From assembly GCA_963715335.1 (NCBI GenBank), contig CAVQRZ010000014.1, positions 96,001 to 160,000 on the forward strand: DNA of 64,000 nt, written 5' to 3'. Below, piece by piece: positions 61,555 through 64,000 of this stretch (the first letter of the stretch is position 1; each line of letters starts with the position of its first letter). Under the pieces are notes generated by a model. It saw only the letters and a list, made by a program, of their open reading frames with translations. It did no database searches and was not told the origin of the DNA. The stretch is from an uncultured delta proteobacterium. Lineage in GTDB: Bacteria > Desulfobacterota > Desulfuromonadia > Desulfuromonadales > BM103. A program made the position numbers and the translations under genes.

Positions 61555-63162
61555 GTGATTGCTCAAGACAGTCTCAATAAATTCCGGCCACAGGTCAGTC
61601 TGCCCATCGTGACCTTCCTGGCGGCTTGTTTTTTCGTCAATTTGACAATCACGTTAATGATTTCCTGGCTGCCAGCCTCGGTCTTGACAAAGGCGATCAC
61701 TGGCTTTTCATGGGGCTCCTTTGGCTGTTGCTGGTCCTGGCCTTTAATCTTCTCTTTATGTTGTTGGCGTTCCGTCCGGTTTTGAAGCCCTTCCTCTGCC
61801 TGATGTTCCTGGTCGCGGCAAGCGCGAGTTATTTCACCGACAGCTTTGGCACGATCATCGACAAGACGATGATTACAATGCACTGGAAACGTATCAATGT
61901 TGACTTGTGCTGGCCCGTCAGGCTTGATGCTCTATGGCTTTGCACCGATGACCCTGCTACTGCTGACGCGCATCCGCTATCGTCCGCTGCGGCAAGAGAT
62001 GTTGACCAGAGCCGCAGTGATTGTGGGCAGCCTCGTTTTGATCGTCGGCCTAGGGTATGTAAATTTCAAGAACCTGGTCCTGTTCGGTCGTGAGCACCGG
62101 GACCTGCGCATGCTCGTCAACCCGGTCTATCCGCTCAGCTCCGTTCAGAGGGTTATCAAGAAAGAATTCTTTGCCCGGGCCAAGCAGCCCTTGCAGCCGA
62201 TGGCGAGCGACGCCACCAGGGATGCCGTCGGCAGATCAGTATTCGTGCTGGTCGTCGGTGAAACCGCGCGCTCCCAGGAGTTCGCCTTCAATGGCTATCC
62301 TCGCGATACGAATCCCTATCTGAGCCAGCGTGATGTGGTCAATTTCACGGATGTTGCTGCCTGCGGCACTTCGACCATTGAATCAGTCCCCTGCATTTTT
62401 TCGCACCTGGCGCATAGCGGTTTCAGCCGCGATAAAGCGGGGAATTTCGAGAACCTTCTGGATGTTCTGCAGCGGCTTGGCGTCAAGGTCGTCTGGCTTG
62501 ACAACAATTCCAGCAGCAAGGGGGTTGCAGATCGTGTCCAGTATAAAAATTTCCTCGAGCAGGACGCTTCGGAAGTCTGCCCGGACGGGGAATGTTACGA
62601 CGAGATCCTCCTGCAGGGCCTGGCCGCTGAAATCTCCGCATCAGATAAGACCTCCTGTTGTCTTGCATATGATCGGCAGCACGAACAGGCGTATTACAAG
62701 CGCACACCGGCTGCTTTCAAGGTCTTCCTGCCGGAATGCTCGGTTGACAATGTCCAGGATTGTTCTCAGCAGGAGATCGTGAATGCCTACGACAATACTA
62801 TTGTCTATACTGATTATGTGCTCTCAAAGGCGATAGACTTGCTCTCCGCACAGGATATCCCGGGCGCGATGCTCTATGTCTCTGACCATGGCGAATCGCT
62901 AGGCGAGAACGGGATCTACCTGCACGGGCTCCCCTATGCCCTGGCCCCCGTCGAACAGACCCGTGTCCCCATGTTGTTCTGGGCTTCCGATGACTACCTC
63001 ACCCAGAAGGAGATCGATCTGCCGATACTGCAAGGCAACAGGTCCTTATCTTACAGTCACGATAATATCTTCCACAGTATGTTAGGACTGTTCGGAGTCA
63101 AAACCGGTGCTTACCACCCTGATCTGGACCTGTTTGCCGGTTCTCACCAAAAGCGTGGCTGA
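61555..63162 (+). pseudogene. eptA: Phosphoethanolamine transferase (EptA family), frameshifted in this sequence
   Basis: SYFTDSFGTIIDKTMI, VLVVGETAR, CGTST-ESVPCIFS, LHMIGS (off-frame), NAYDNTIVYTD, YVSDHGESLGENGIYLHG. Confidence 0.8.
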
Positions 63163-63308
63163 GATACCGACTTCGTGCAGCTGATCGGGTCGGTTAAGGC
63201 CGGCCGAAGCACCTTGTCGAGGTCCGTCATCAGAAAAGTTGGCGATACTCCCGTATTTCGGTTATCGTTGGCCAATCTGTTAAATTTCATGCCTGGACAG
63301 GGTGCCTG

Positions 63309-64000
63309 ATGGAAGAAACCACACAGACCAAGGTCTTCGCCTTCATTCAGAGCGGGCTGTTCCTGCTCCTGCTTCTTTTGCTCCTCGCTTTCAACAAAGG
63401 CCCGACTCTCATCTACGGGAGCCTTTCGCTGGTCCTGCTGATCGCTTACCACCTGATAATCGATTACCGTTTCACCCCATCCAGGCTCATGAGCTCCAAA
63501 CTGCTCAACGCCTACGTTGCCATGTCCCTGTTTTTGTGCACCCTGGTTATCTGGAGTACCAGGGTGCCAGGCCATGATGAAAGTAACTTCTGGATCGTCT
63601 ACTTCCTGCCGATAACTATCGCCGCAGCTCATCTGAAATTGAGAGGCACTCTCGTCACATGCACGGTTGCCTTCGCACTGTTTATTGCCCACCTGCCTCC
63701 GCATATGTATCTCGATCCCAGGGAGCGGGTAGAGGAATTGCCTGAACTCATCGGTTTTGGCATCATGTTCTTCTTTTTGGGGGTTCTGGTGCAGGCCTTT
63801 GCCCGGCAGAATCGTCACGAGTTGGCTATGAAACAGCAGCTTAACGATAAACTTCTGGAAAACCAGCAACGCCTCAGGGATTCCCTGGAACGGCTTGACA
63901 CCGCGGAGGAAAGTCATGAGGACCAGGGAGCGGCTTGCTTCCCTCGGTGAAATGTCGGCTGGCATAGCCCACGAAATCCGCAACCCTCTCGGGATTATCT
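63309..64000 (+). CDS. Membrane sensor histidine kinase, frameshift near 63917, 3'-truncated by window edge
   Basis: Multiple TM helices, then off-frame [26 protein letters not shown]-box. Confidence 0.8.

Noticed and set aside
61298..61558. 86-aa ORF upstream of eptA
   Set aside because: Possible RBS and overlap with the eptA start, but no recognisable family and it lies in an error-prone region; not enough support to call.

Overview
Bacterial chromosomal segment of moderate-to-high GC. The gene content (many sigma-54 activators, Cache kinases, uvrC, prfC, asnS, proC) looks like a Desulfuromonadales-type deltaproteobacterium; that attribution is inference. Bases 1-26 kb are mostly housekeeping and accessory genes. 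They include a sigma-54 two-component locus apparently driving an unusual SatP-like channel with a Cys-rich N-terminal domain, and a candidate sRNA near 1.3 kb. The centrepiece (about 26.7-48.9 kb) is a ~22-kb same-strand (hydroxy)proline catabolic island. It encodes two paralogous PAS sigma-54 activators, a LIV-type ABC transporter, an SDR, an aldo-keto reductase, a fused Fe-S serine-dehydratase-like enzyme, an OCD/mu-crystallin reductase, a Cys/Thr proline-racemase-family trans-3-hydroxyproline dehydratase, the glycyl radical trans-4-hydroxyproline dehydratase HypD with its activase, P5C dehydrogenase and proline dehydrogenase. Three -24/-12 promoters and a recurring TAT(G/T)C-N6-G(C/A)ATA palindrome link these units. 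From about 50.3 kb onward the sequence has many frameshifts, apparent junctions and a C-free / AT-only tract, most likely low-quality or chimeric assembly. That part holds a second sigma-54/LIV locus, MoaD- and AOR-like remnants, an LtaS-family sulfatase, an EptA-like transferase and a partial sensor kinase. No tRNA, rRNA, CRISPR array or transposase was recognised.
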